DNA from: Malacoraja senta
Lineage: Eukaryota
Direction: 5' to 3'
DNA length: 64,000 nucleotides
Assembly (NCBI GenBank): GCA_038087875.1
Contig: CM075984.1
Span: 25,916,001 to 25,980,000 of the forward strand
Numbering within the stretch: the first letter of the stretch is position 1; every line of letters starts with the position of its first letter. This document shows, piece after piece, positions 1 through 13,090 of this stretch. Position numbers and translations under genes: made by a program. The notes below the pieces were generated by a model. That model was given only the letters and a program-made list of their open reading frames with translations. It did no database searches and was not told the DNA's origin.

Positions 1-636
1 CTCTTCTCTTTACTTCACCCCCTCACCCTCATTTACCACCCCCCCTCCCCCGAGGGCCTCCAATCTCCCTCATCTGAATACCCCCTCACATTCTCCCTCG
101 GCCCCTTCCCCCCCTCACTCGCTCCCCCGACCCTCACCACCTCTTCCCTCACCCTCTCCTCCCTCACTCTCTCATCCTCTCCCTCCTTTCTGTCCCCGCT
201 CATTCCCCTCTTCCTTCCCCACACTCTCTCTCCTCCATCACTCCCTCTCTCTCTCGCTCACTCACTCTCCCTCCTTCAACCTCCTAGTCTCTCTCTCCTT
301 CTTCCTCCTTACTCTCACCCCCTCTCCCCTCCCTCCTTCAAACCTCTCCCCTTCACCCTCTCTCCTCCTCCCTCACCCTGCCTCCCCTCTCCTTCCCACT
401 CTGAGAGTGACTCTCTACCTCCCTCATTCACTCCTCTCTCCTTCCCACTCTCTCCCTCCCTCATTCTCTACCCCCATCACTCCCCTCTCCTTCCCACGCT
501 CTCCACCTCCCTCATTCAGTCCCCTCTCCTTCCCATACTCTCTCCCTTTCTAATTCTCCCCCTCCATCTCTCTCCTTCCCACTCTCTCCCTCCCTCATTC
601 TCTACCTCCTCCCTCCCTCCCTCCCTCCCTCCCTCC
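1..636. repeat. Polypyrimidine (C/T-rich) low-complexity tract ending in (CCCT)n
   Basis: About 630 bp almost devoid of G on the + strand, directly upstream of the CpG island. Confidence 0.9.
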
Positions 637-737
637 CACGGCAGGGCGGGGACGCGCTGACGTCAGACGCGGCCGGGCGGCGGGCGGGAGCGGCGGCGGT
701 GAGTGAGTGAGTGCGGGCGGGCGGGCGCTGGGGAGGG

Positions 738-768
<31 letters not shown>

Positions 769-980
769 GAGAGGGAGACCGGGCCGGGGTAACGGCGTCC
801 CCCCGCCGCCGCCGCTCTGGTGTGTGGCCGAGCGGCAGCCGGAACCGGGGGCTCGGGCCGGGCTGGGTGGGGCGGCGCCGGGCCCGGGCGCTGTCAGTGG
901 GAGCTTGCTGTGCGCCGCCTGCTGTAAGATGGTCGCCTCCTGCCTCTGCCAGGGCGGGGGAGGCCACTCGGCCCCTTGAG
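636..980 (+). promoter_or_regulatory. CpG-island promoter with GC box and full CRE; probable short non-coding first exon
   Basis: Very high GC and CpG density that does not look TE-derived. GGGCGGGG at 644-651, TGACGTCA at 658-665, GCG|GTGAGT donor-like site at 699. Orientation and target gene are inferred. Confidence 0.7.
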
Positions 981-1049
981 CCCTGCTGGCCACCCAGTAT
1001 GATCATGGCTGATCTAATCTTGGCCTCAGACCAATTACCCACTCCCTGT

Positions 1050-1450
1050 GCCCTCTGACCCCGTCAGCACCACTGCCCCTCTCCCCTGATCCCTGACTTC
1101 AGTATCATTGCTGCTGTCCCCATGACCTCCTCATTACCACTGCCCCTGATGCCGGACCCCTCCGACTGTGACCCCGCCCCCTCAGTACCACTGCCCCTCT
1201 CCCCTAACCCCTGACCGCATCAGCACCACTGCCCCTTCCCTCTGATTGCTCTTCATGTGGCCCCAGACTCTCTCAGTACCACTTACCCTCTCGCCAGGCC
1301 GTCTCAGTATCATTGCTCCTCTCCGCTCTCCCAGTGACCTCCTCAGTACCACTGACCCCTCTCCATATGACCCCTGACCCCAGTGCCTTTGCCCCTCTCC
1401 CTGTGACCGCCTCAATACCACTGCCCATCTCCCCTAACCCCTGACTCTCT
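1050..1450. repeat. Degenerate minisatellite (CAGTACCACTGCCCCTCTCCC...TGACCC-like unit)
   Basis: Repeated imperfect copies of the unit. Confidence 0.7.
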
Positions 1451-2074
1451 CAGTTCTCACGACTGGAGAGCCTCAGTGGAGGGTTGTAGCTACAGAGTGA
1501 GGAGCTGTTCATATATAATTGAGATGCGTAGGAATTTCCCACAGAGCGTGATGAATCTCTGGAATTCTCGGCCTCTGAGAGTGATGCAGGTCGGATCATT
1601 GAAAGTATTCGATCTGAGGACAGATAAATATTTAAAAGATCCAGTAGTTGAGGGTTATGGGAAACCGGTACAAATAGAGGTTGATGCCAGCATAGATCTG
1701 CCATAATCATACTGAATGGAGGTGCAGGTTTGAAGGGGTGAGTCGCCTCCTCCTGCTGATATTTTCCTTTGTCCTTATAATTCGAATGTCTGTCAATCTC
1801 CACCTTGAATGTGCTCAGTGACTTGCGTTCCATAGCTTTCTTCCGATGTGAGTTCCAAAGATTCACGTACCTCCAAGAAGAAAAGTCCTCCTCATCAGTC
1901 CTAAAGAGCGATTTCTTATCCCGAAGCTATGTCCACTGGTTCTAAACACCTTTGTGAGGGGAAACATCAGCTCTGCACCTGCATTATTAAGCGTCAGAAT
2001 CTAGGTTGTTTCAATAAGATCACTCCTTGTCCTGCTGAATGTCAATGAGTTTGGGGCCAACCTTTTCATTTCGC

Positions 2075-2170
2075 AGATAGACACAAATAGCTGGACAAAG
2101 CGGGACAGGCAGCATCTCTCCAGTGATGCTGCCTGTCCCACTAAGTTACTCCAGCTTTTTGTGTCTATCT
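2075..2170. mobile_element. Palindromic Penelope-like pseudo-LTR mini-insertion
   Basis: Two inverted arms of the GATGCTGCCTGTCCCGCTGAGTTACTCCAGC...GTGTCTA repeat, the same family that terminates the PLE at 27303-29950. Confidence 0.7.
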
Positions 2171-3325
2171 TCAGTTCCTTTCTACTTCTCTCAATTGTCC
2201 TTGCGTCGTAGTGAGGCCATTTTCTCCCATCAAACCAGCTTTGCTGGCTCTTGGTGCATTCACATCATTCTCTAAACCCACATTTTTCTATGTCCTTCAA
2301 ACACCCCCTCGTTGTGTCAGGGAGTTCACAGCAGTCAGTTAATAACACCATGTCCAAGAGTTGGGATGTAATATTAGAGGTGTAGAAATGGTTGGTGAGA
2401 ACGAACCTGAAGTACTGTGCTGTTCTGGTCGCCCAGCTGTAAGGAGGATGTCATTATGCCGGAGAGGATGCAGAACGGATTCACAGGGATGCTAAGATTG
2501 GAAGCTTGAGTTATAAGGAGACATTGGTCAGACTGTTTTTCTTGCAGGCCGAGAAGTGTATAAAATAATGAAAGAGTAGGTGGGGTGGATATTCATAGTC
2601 TTTACCATGCCAGGGCTTTCTCAAATTAGAGGACGTTTAGGTTTAAGGTGAGAAGGAAGTGATTTAAAAGGGATCTGAGGACTACATTTTTTCACAATCA
2701 CGTAGTTGGTATCTGGAATGAGCTGCCAGAGGAGATGGTGGAGGCAGAAACAGTAACATTAAAGCATTTAGGCAGGTACTTTTGAATGAATGAGGTGTAA
2801 AGGGATATGGAATTAATGCCAGAGCCTGCTTCTATGCAGTACAACTCTTATGACTATAAAGCAGGAACAGATTACCGCCATTATTCTACTGACCAATAGG
2901 GCAGGTGTGATGGGCCGAGCGGTCTTCTCCTGCACTTATGATTCAATGAATCCTGGCAAAGTCAGCATTTATTAGCCATCCGTAAGTGCTTTTGAGTAGA
3001 TGCTGTGGAGTTACTTGGAGGCGCTGGTAATAAATGAGTGTGGTGCTGAGTGGATATCATCAGTCAGATCCAATTACTTTTTGTAGACTAGACAAAGCTG
3101 TGCCATTGCACTATCAGGAAGGTGCCCGAGTTCTAACCATTCGGGACAGCTCTGGCAGTAGTGCAGCGATTTCTGCAGAGTGGGTCTTCAGGATGTCAGA
3201 TAGGGTATTGCAGCTTCCTGCAACTTTTACTGCATCTATTCACCTCACCATTTTGTTAAATAACATGAGTGAATTGAGTAAAACACCAAAGCGCTGGAGG
3301 AACTTAGCAGGGCAGACAGCATCTG

Positions 3326-3789
3326 AATGTCAGGACTTTCATATGAAGAAAGATTGGATAGACTTGGCTTATACTCGCTAGAATTTAGGAGATTGAGAGG
3401 GGATCTTATAGAAACTTACAAAATTCTTATGGGGTTGGACAGGCTAGATGCAGGAAGATTGTTCCCAATGTTGGGGAAGTCCAGGACAAGGGGTCACAGC
3501 TTAAGGATAAGGGGGAAATCCTTTAAGACCGAGATGAGAAAAAACTTTTTCACACAGAGAGTGGTGAATCTCTGGAACTCTCTGCCACAGAGGGTAGTTG
3601 AGGCCAGTTCATTGGCTATATTTAAGAGGGAGTTAGATGTGGCCCTTGTGGCTAACGGGATCAGGGGGTATGGAGAGAAGGCAGGCACGGGATACTGAGT
3701 TGGATGATCAGCCATGATCATATTGAATGGCGGTGCAGGCTCGAAGGGCCGAATGGCCTACTCCTGCACCTATTTTCTATGTATCCATG
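3326..3789 (+). mobile_element. Young 5'-truncated CR1 (HER1-type) LINE 3' end
   Basis: ORF 3327-3698 (LSYEERLDRLGLYSLEFRRLRGDLIETYK...FFTQRVVNLWNSLP) is the CR1 ORF2 C-terminus, followed by the GGCCGAATGGCCTACTCCTGCACCTATT tail. Confidence 0.92.
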
Positions 3790-4345
3790 AAGAGGCAGCA
3801 TTTCAGGTTAGGACCTTTCATCAGACTGATGGATTGGGGGTTGGGGTAAGCTGAAAAAGAGCAGTCGGGTGGGCAAAGCCTGGCAAGTGATAGGTGGGTA
3901 CAGATGATGGGCGATGGTTAACAGAAGGGTAGAGTGAGTGGCAGTGGCTAGAGGTGAAAAGGAAACAAAAGGGTGTCAGATAGGAGAGAAGAGGAGGAAT
4001 GAAATGTAAATCCGGACGGAGGGATATGAGTGGAGGGGGGAGGGGGCATGAAAGAAAAATTAGAGACTTGCAGATGAGTGTTGGGAGGAGGTAAAAGGAA
4101 CAGGGTAATGGGGTGGTGGTAGAAATGTGTGTGCCCCAGATGGGGGCACCAGGGGGAGTGGGGTGGAGTCAGGGGATATTACTTGAAATTGGTGAATTCG
4201 ACATTCATAGCATTGGATTGTACGCTACTCAAGCGGGTGAGGTGCTGTTCTTACAGTGTGCGTGTGGCCTCACTCTGGCAACCGGGAGTTCCAACAGGCC
4301 CTGGTGGACTGAACTGAGCCAGAGTGAACTGAATTGGCTAACGAC
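3790..4345 (-). mobile_element. Penelope-like element 3' fragment
   Basis: Minus strand reads ...RLSSVQSNAMNVEFTNFK* (PLE ORF end), then a pyrimidine-rich UTR and a pLTR with a CTGATGA...GAAA motif. The pLTR is split by the CR1 at 3326. Confidence 0.65.
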
Positions 4346-4348
4346 TAA

Positions 4349-4547
4349 AGGGCCTGCCCCACTTGTGCGTCATTTACGCGACATTATTTACGCATCATGA
4401 TGCACAACGCGCGCGTCGTGATGCACACGTGGCGAGGCGTGGTGGCATAGGCAGCGACGCGCGCGGCGCCCCAGGATTTTGGGATTCACAAAATCTTCGC
4501 GCGCCACCTGCATGACGCGCAAATGACGCCCAAGTGGGACAGGCCCT
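4349..4547. mobile_element. PIF/Harbinger-type MITE
   Basis: TIRs AGGGCCTGCCCCACTTG / CAAGTGGGACAGGCCCT. TAA TSD at 4346-4348 and 4548-4550. Confidence 0.85.
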
Positions 4548-6029
4548 TAACTGCTGTAATTGTTTGGACTTCGGATGAGGCCATTTGGCACTTCTGATTG
4601 AAAGAGGTTGGAAATGCATTTAACATTGTGCTGCTCAATTCTCCAGGGTGGAGCATGCAGGGATGTAGAAACAAAGAACTGCAGATGTTAGTTTATACCA
4701 AAGAAAGACACAAAGTGCAGGAGTAACTCAGTGAGTCAGGCAGCATCTCTGGAGAAAAAGGGTAGGTGACGTTTCGGGTCCTGACCTTCTTCAGACTGAC
4801 CCGCTGAGTTTCTCCAGCACTTTGTGTTTACCTAACAGGGAGGTTTTCCTCCAATCTGTACCTATCAGCATTCACGGTGGATGTGATATGTTTATAGAGC
4901 TTGGGTCTGACCATTACTTGTGGGGCTGATTTGTTCTGCTTCAAGCATGATCTTTGGGGACTGACCTCCCAATATATCTGGCCCCAGATTGCATGAGGAA
5001 TTTATTTGTAAATGCACGGACTGAGGGACACTTTGCCCAGTGAGGTATGGAGGTCAATATTGCTGTTTTATTCCACTCACCCTTTTCAACAGGTTTGATA
5101 CTGGGTATGTACGAGTATACTTCAGAGGAAGGAGAGTTGGATTGTATCTGCACAAGTTTGGCTGAAACTAGAGTTATGATTTATTTTGGCAAATACTTGA
5201 AAGAAAAGAAAATTGAAGGATCTTGGAAAGAGTAGGGAATAGGGACATGGAACAGCGCTTTCCAACGTTGGCCATGGTAATGTGGGCCAGATGGTCAGTT
5301 TCTAGAATATGTTTCCTATCAGTGAGTTGGTGTAGATTGAAGGAGGCACTGAGTTTTCAGAGTTGCTGACGTGATTGTAATGTGAATTAAAAGCAGGAAT
5401 AGGCTATTCTGCCCTCTAGCCTGTTCCTCTACTCAGTAACATCACGGCTCATCTTTCACCTCGGCACCACTTGCCTGCACTCAGTTTGTATCCTTTAATT
5501 TCCTTAATATCTAACAATCTATCTTTTTTACTGATTTACACAGCAGTTTCTGATTTTTCTGATTTACTCAGCAGCTGAGCCTGCTGTTCTGAATGGCTGA
5601 CTTTTTATTTTGAGGCAGTGAGCGCTCTCCCGGACACGCACCAACTCTGTGTCCATTCAGTGAAACATGACAAGGATTTGGCACATTTTAATGAGATCAC
5701 TCTTTCTAAGATCAAGTAAGTGTAGGCCCAATTTGTTTTAGGGTCCCGACCCAAAATATCACCTGAACATTTCCTCCACAGATGCTGCCTGGCTTGCTGA
5801 GTTCTTCCAGCATTTTGTGTTTTACCGTTTATTTAATCTCCTCGTACGAGAAACCAGAATGTTGACTCTGCTGCGATTACAGTGATTTATCCCTCAGGGA
5901 GGGAGACCACACCTGTCCACAATATTACAGGTGTGGTCTCACAGGGTTTGGCATAATTGGAGCAAGATGCCTCTATCCTTATTCTCAAATCCTCTTGTAA
6001 TTAAGGCCAGAGATGCTGCTTACTTTACT

Positions 6030-6171
6030 GTGTAAGAAAGAACTGCAGATGCTGGTTTAAATCGAAGGTAAACACAAAATGCTGGAGTAACTCAGTGGGA
6101 CAAGCAGCATCTCTGGAGAGAAGGAATGGGTGATGTTTTGGGTCGAGACCCTCCAGCATTTTGTGTCTACC
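6030..6171. mobile_element. Penelope-like pLTR mini-insertion with inverted end and 13-bp TSD
   Basis: Flanked by TGCTTACTTTACT (6017-6029) and TGCTTGCTTTACT (6172-6184). Confidence 0.75.
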
Positions 6172-8329
6172 TGCTTGCTTTACTAATTGCTTGCTGAACC
6201 TACATATTAACCATCAATGACTTGTGCACAAGGACACCGATTCTGCCGAATGCAACACCTTTCACTTTCTCATCACTTCAGAAAGATCTGCCTTTCTATT
6301 TTTCCCATCAAATTGTTTTTCAAAGTGATCAAAGTGTATCACCTCACATTTTGCCACAGTATTCTCCGGCTGACATTTCTCATCCACTCACCCAGACTGT
6401 CTGTATCTCCAAGCTTAGCCTGTTGGTTCTGGTAGTTTGGCTTGTTAGTGATGGTGGTGGGGAAGGAGTGCGGGGCAAGTTCGGTGGCTGATCACCGTTG
6501 GTTTTTGGTCTTGACTTGTACAGGGTTGGCAGTTGTGTATGTGTTCAGGAGAAGTACAAAGTCCCTCATTGCCTGTAAATGTTTCAAGGTATTTGGGGCG
6601 TGGAAAAGCTTTTATTCTAACAGAACCTGGCGAGAGGCCAAGTTCAGAGTTTAAACCGATAGCAACCTTTGGTGTGGAGTCACCACCGAGTGAATGTTAG
6701 ACAGGGAAGTCAGTGAGTGTCACTGCCGTCCTGTCTGCTCCACTCCCGGGGCTACAAGTGGCAGCTTCCCTTCAGTGGAGCAGGTCGGCACCTGCTCGCG
6801 TTGAAGCTCCTCTCAGATCACCCCTTCACTCAGAACAGGGACACTAGAACTGGAGGAGACCACTCAGCCCTAGGGTCTGCTCCCACATCAAGGAGATCAG
6901 GGCTGATCCAGCGCAGGCCATTGTGGAAGAATGCCATTCAGACCATCTCTACATCCCTGGATGCTCTTGTCCAGACCATTCTTGGTGTTGAGATGTCCAC
7001 CATCACCAGCTTCCTCTCCAGGACCCTGCAAATGATTTCTCATCAATATATATCCAGCTACTTGTCGGAAGTTCTTCTGGAATCCAATTTCACTGCTCTT
7101 TCTGATATCTGTGCAGATCATTCTGGGTCAACAAATCTCTCTACGTTTTCTTGCTTGTTCTTTTGACATTTATGTTAGACTTGAAAATTTGAGTTTGGTT
7201 CACATGCACTGTCCTCCTCCCCATTGATGCTTGGTCTGGAGGGGTGAGGGTGTCATGAGCCATGGAGACGTAGTGACAAAGGCTGCTGGTGATGTTTGCC
7301 CGGTTCCCAGAGTGCGATCTCCATCGTCCATCATTGAGCTGATGGAGAGAGTGGCTGGAGTTCTTCATTAAAGTCATCAAACATTTCCATTATGGAAAAA
7401 AGCCATTCAGCCTATCTGGTTTGAACTGGTCAAGGCAGCTAAATTCTTCATTAAAGTCATCCTACATTTACATTATGGATAAGGCCATTCAGCCCATCTG
7501 GTTTCAATTGCTGCCTCCCAACTGTGGTTCTGGTGTCAAGCTTCCTCATGTCCAGACCCAAGTGTAGTGCGAAAGTGGTGAGGTTTGCCTTTTGGCTTGG
7601 CCCCTCAATCCTGCCCCTCCATTCCACATGACCATGGCTGACCTACTCCGGCCTCAGCTTCCCTTCTGCCAGTTCCCCAGAACCTCAGTTCCCTGATTTT
7701 TAACACCAGAGAGTTGGTGGAGAACGTCACTAGCACTAGCAGAACTGCCCACGGGTGTACTGGTGAAGAGCAACTTATTTGGATGGAATGTGTTCCACTT
7801 CCCCAAAACTGATCTCAGTGTCCCAAGAACTAAATAATTGTTCCTGCACCATCTCTAGCCAGACGGTCAGCCACAAATAAGACGTGAAGCTGGTTCCTTA
7901 TTAATTAATGCAGGAAAGTAGGATTAGTATAGATAGGCCTGATGGTTGGTATAGACCTGGTGGGCTGAAGGGCCTGTTTCACTGCTGTGCCACTTAACGA
8001 CTCAAAGTGATCATCTTTCTTATTTTCTAGTTCTTCCCACACAGCCTCTTTGGCCAATACCTCCAGGATCCCTCTCCCCCACTCCCGAGGTCCTGCCGTG
8101 ATTGGTGGTGCCGTCTCCTTTTGCACCCCCTCCGTTATGCCTGGGACATCAGCAGCCTGGAACAGTCAGCTGCCAGTCCTGCCTTTCCCTCAACCACCTC
8201 TCTGTGATTGCATCAATATTATAATCGTCATGGTCTATGTGTAGCTTTCTATATGAATTTGCACGGGAAAGGCATTATTTTATGTTATATTCTGGAGGTC
8301 TGGGGCAGATCTGCTGTGATTACTTTGTA

Positions 8330-9041
8330 TGGCATGTATAGCTGCTGAAGGTACTGGCTCACTTATCTTCATTGATGATACAACTGCTGATGGCAGTAGC
8401 ATAATAAATTCTGAAGTGTATAGACACATCCTATCTGCTCAAGTTCAAACAAATGCCTCAAAACTCATTGGCCGGCGGTTCATTCTACAGCAAGACAATG
8501 ATCCCAAACATGCTGCTAAAGCAACAAAGGAGTTTTTCAAAGCTAAAAAATGGTAAATTCTTGCGTGGCCAAATCAATCACCCGATCTGAACCCAATGAG
8601 CATGCCTTTTATATGCCGCAGAGAACACTGAAGGGGACTAGCCCCAAAAACAAGCATAAGCTAAAGATGGCTGCAATGCAGACCTGGCAGAGCATCACCA
8701 GAGAAGACACCCAGCAACTGGTGATGTCCATGAATCGCAGACTTCAAGCAGTCATTGCATGCAAAGGTTATGCAACAAAATACTAAACATGACTACTTTC
8801 ATTTACACGACATTGCTGTGTCCTAAACATTATGGTGCCCTGAAATGGGGGGGATTATGTATAAACACTGCTGTAATTTCTACATGGTGAAACCAAAATG
8901 TATAAAAATGGCCTTTATTAAAATCTGACGATGTGCACTTTAACCACATGTGATTTATTCTATTACAAATCTCAAATTGTGGAGTACAGAGGCAAATAAA
9001 TAAATGACGGGTCTTTGTCCCAAACATTATGGAGGGCACTG
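8330..9041 (+). mobile_element. 5'-truncated Tc1/mariner transposon (IR/DR type), pseudogenised transposase C-terminus
   Basis: FILQQDNDPKH...KKW*ILAWPNQSPDLNP motifs of a DD34E transposase. Right TIR ends ...GGAGGGCACTG|TA. Inner direct repeat GTCCTAAACATTATGG near 8820. Confidence 0.9.
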
Positions 9042-9141
9042 TATGTACTTTACCGTATGTGATGTGGATGTGTTGCTGAATGATACAGTTCTTCATCATA
9101 TAAGATGTGGTTAGTATGTGAAGTAACATGGAATGTGCATT

Positions 9142-9292
9142 GGTGGACACAAAATGCTGGAATAACTCAGCGGGCAGCGCAGCGTCTCTGGAGAGAAATT
9201 CCTCTTCTCCAGAGATGCTGCCTGTCCCGCTGAGTTACTCCAGCATTTTGTGTCTACCTTTGATTAAACCAGGATCTGCAATTCTTTCCTGC
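9142..9292. mobile_element. Palindromic Penelope-like pLTR mini-insertion with 16-bp TSD
   Basis: Perfect ACATGGAATGTGCATT duplication at 9126-9141 and 9293-9308 around two inverted pLTR arms. Confidence 0.85.
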
Positions 9293-11719
9293 ACATGGAA
9301 TGTGCATTATTATGTGTAATGGGATGTGGGCGTGGGATGTATGTAACTTTGAGGTACTGTAAGAGTACAGACGTGTGATTTCCAATATGTTGGTGTGAAG
9401 TCAATATTCCTGTGGCGTGGCACTTTTGTTGCTGTTAGATTATGTTCACATCTTGTTCACTGATGCCAGCTCAGTCAGTGTGGTTGTTGCTGCAGTGGAG
9501 AATGGCTATTCTGTGAAGAGTGCAGAGTCCAAAGTATTCCTTTAGCAGCTTCTACTTCAGAGGTTGCTGTTAGTGTGAGCTGCCTGGTTTACAGGGAGGC
9601 GGCAGAGGCTGCACTGTGGCACAATTCCTTCTTTTCCGTTTTTGAGGAGATTTTGTGGCAGTAATTTTTGTGCTGTGTTTGTTGTAATTTCCCATATTTG
9701 GAATTGTTGAGCTGTTCCTGGGATCGGAGGGAAGGGGAGGGATGTAGGAGGGAGGATTTGGTGGTGCTTCCAGCAGGTTTCCTGCCAGTAGCGGTGGAGT
9801 GTTCAGCCTGGGGGCTTGAGCATTGAGGGCAGGCTGCTGGTCGCAGCTCTCCAACCCGGCCTCGCTGCAAGTGCAGAAATCTGTGGATCTGGGTTCAGAA
9901 GAAGAAGTGGAAAGCTGAAAAGTATAATTCTTGAAGAGGGCAGGGAAGGCAGGTTTGTACAGGAACTGAAAGAATGAGAGAAGAAGCACTGGGCCAGAAA
10001 TGGCTGGCTGCTCTCTGAACTGGGTGGTGCCCCAGAGATTATGACAGTCTTCTGTGTTCTTTAACAGTGTAATTGTTAACCCATTGAGGACAATGTCACT
10101 GTTGCAATATGTATACGTACAGAGCACCTATATCTCTCTGTGTAATGTTGCCCTGTGTCAGTAAGGTCTATCTGACCGTGTATGTCTGATTGTTCTGAGA
10201 CTGCATCGCGCTCTGTCTACGTCTCTCGCACGCATGTGATGTTCGTCTGTCTGCCTGTCGGCATTCTGTGTACCTGACTGTGTAGTGTGTGCCTGGACCT
10301 GTGTTATGTGGCAGCATTTAGGATCAGGGTATACGAGGGAGTGCAAGTGAGGCGCTTATAACACTGGTCAAAGCGTTGACGTCTGAAAAATGGTGTGAAG
10401 GTGAGATCGAGTATCGTGTGACAGGTAGAGTCTGTGCAGAGGTGTGTGGCCTTTAGTGATCTATGGCAGCTTTCCACACAGATTGGAGCAGCAAAATTGG
10501 CCTTTACAGTGATGTACACAATGGAAGCAAATGGACAACGTAATGTGAAGTAGTGGTGATTGGCAACTTCATCCTAACAGGTTTCACTGCCAATTCTGGA
10601 CAAAACCCATAGCCCCGGTCACATTTAGCTCCCATACCCCCTGACATGGGGCAATTACAGCCATATTGTACCATCCCTGTGCCAACATTTTGTTATTGTG
10701 TCTGTGTCCCTCACAGCAGCTGCATAGACCCTTGCTTTAACTATGCCCCTCATCTATAGTGTTATGTCTTGTCTTAAATATGCCACCTGCCTCTGGTGCT
10801 ATGTCTTAGCTTAACTGTGCCACCTGCCTCTTGTGTTATGACTTACATTAACTGTGCCTTACCTTAACTATGCCATTCATTTCTGACTATGCCGAAACTT
10901 TTAGTTGGTCTTAATCAACAGATAAATACTAAAATATTTGTCAAAGGAATAGGCTGATTGGGTAAAAGGGATATTGTTTAGAGGCAAAATGTGAACCTAA
11001 GATCTCTAATTTGTTTTTGCATCTGTGCTCAGTTGCAAAGAGTATTTTGCCACATGACAGCGAAATATGGCACATTTATATTATTGGGAAGGATATAAAT
11101 AGAAAAATAAGTCATTGGAAAGTTGTCAGTGTTCAGAGTAGAAGTGTGATCTAATCTGGGTGGGATGCAAAATATAATACTGCAGATTCTGGAAATCAGA
11201 AATAAAAACAGAAAATGCTGGAAATAGGTCAGTCAGCATCTGTGGAGAGGGAGAAAGTTAACATTTTAGGTTGAAAATGTTTAATCAAAATTAGGAAAAG
11301 TTAGGTAAAACAAGTCTCCTAAGTCATAGAATCGCACTCTTGTCGCTTGGAATGAGCATTTGGCCCAGCCACCAACATCAAGATGGAAGAATGGGAATTG
11401 AGGAATGGGGAGTGGGAAATGGAGTGGGTGGTTTGGGAAGTAAAGATGGAAATTACTCTGCCGTCGAGGCTCTGCTGTAATTGTATGTCCTCCTTGTATA
11501 TGTGGCTGATACCAGAGGATGGAGGATTGCAAACGTTGCACCTTGTTCAGAAACAGAGAGGGCAAAAACAGCAGCTGCAGGCCAGTCAGCTGGCTGCATT
11601 TGATGTTGCTGAAACTTCGCAGAAACTTCCTGAGATGATCATTTGGAAACATTTTGGCAAATCAGAACATTTAAGCACATGCTAAAAGCCAAATTCTTGA
11701 AAGAATTATCATAGAATTG

Positions 11720-13090
11720 TAGAGGCATGGAAGGCATTGAGACCATGGAACCTGTGCCTCTCTCTGTTGAGCAACCCTCTCAGTTTCATAACCCACTCTT
11801 ACCCCACAGCCCTGCAACTCTCTCTCCCTCGTGCCTATTCATTTCCTTTTGAAAACCTCGATCAATTCTGTTCCCAGCATGCTTAAAAATGAAGCATTCC
11901 AGGTAATAAACATGATCTATGTAAAATCAAACTTGTATCTTACTTGCATCTTTCACCAGTCTCTTAACATCGCTGCCCCTGATACTTGAAGGTTTAATAC
12001 AATGAGAACAGCTTTGCACCACCTACCCCATCTAAACTAGTCATGCTCTTGTACACTTCTATCAAATTTCCTCTCAACCTTCACTGCGTAAAGGACATCA
12101 TCCCTAGCTTCAACAGTCTAAACTTGGAGCAGAAGTCCCTCATCCGTGGCAACATTCCAGTGGATCTTTCTGCACCCACTTTAGGACAATAATGTCCTTG
12201 GTAAAGTGCAGTATTCCAATTGTGTGCTGCTCTGTACTCAGTGTATCTAATTATGAATCATGGGATTCCATTTGGTTTACTAACCACTCTCATCGTGGGC
12301 CGCCACTATTATTACATATACACCCTGGTCCTGTGGTTCCTGCACACAGAACAATTTGAGAAGGCTGCTGAGGCATGCATAGGTTCATAGCTTCATAGCA
12401 GAGGTATGGGAAACAAGAGGAGAGACAACATAAGTCCATAGCTTGCTGATAGAGACGACGTAGGTGGATACAAGGCATCTTGCACGCTAGCCTTCATAGA
12501 CCAGGACATAATTAAAGTGTACAAAATCATGAGGAGCACGGATAAAGTGAATTGAGATGTCAAGTTGCAGCTGTACAAAACATGTCTAAAGACTGGGCTT
12601 GGGGCATTGTGTACATTTTTGGTCGCCACACCGTAGAAAACATGCGACAGCAATAGAGAGAAAGAGCAGATGAGATTCACCAGGATGTTGCCTGGAATGG
12701 AGGGGTAGGAGAGATTGGATAAGCTGGGTGTATCCCAGTGGAATGTGGGAAGCTGAAGGATGACCTTACACAAAAGTATGAGAGGCATAGATAAGAAAGT
12801 TAGGCAGAGTTTTTTTCCCAGGACAGAAAAATCTAGAACTCAAGGGCACAGGTTTATGGTGATAAGGGAGAACTTTAAAGGAGATGTTTTTTCCAGAAGC
12901 TTCTAGAAGAGATGGTGGAAGTAGATACAACCCCAATGTTTGAAAGACATTTACACAGGTATTTAGATAGATAAGGATGGAAGGATATGGGTCCAATGCA
13001 GGAAATTTAGATTACTGTCGGTACCTGTCACAGTTGGCTTGGTGGAGATGTGCTGTAAGGGCCAGTTTTTGTGCTGTATACTTGGATGAC
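11720..13090. mobile_element. Two old CR1 3' fragments (minus about 11720-12230, plus about 12420-13090)
   Basis: Degenerate matches to the CR1 ORF2 end and 3' UTR seen in younger copies in this window. Confidence 0.6.

Noticed and set aside
707-979. GC-rich ORF with GRPGR...PPPPPL resembling the human RYK N-terminus
   Set aside because: It has no ATG start, no hydrophobic signal core and no WIF-start motif. The similarity is explained by GC-rich composition.
6900-7380. Possible very degenerate RTE-type LINE fragment on the minus strand
   Set aside because: Only faint motif resemblance, not enough to call.
9570-10127. 185-aa minus-strand ORF
   Set aside because: No recognisable domain or splice context, and a non-ATG start. 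Likely chance.
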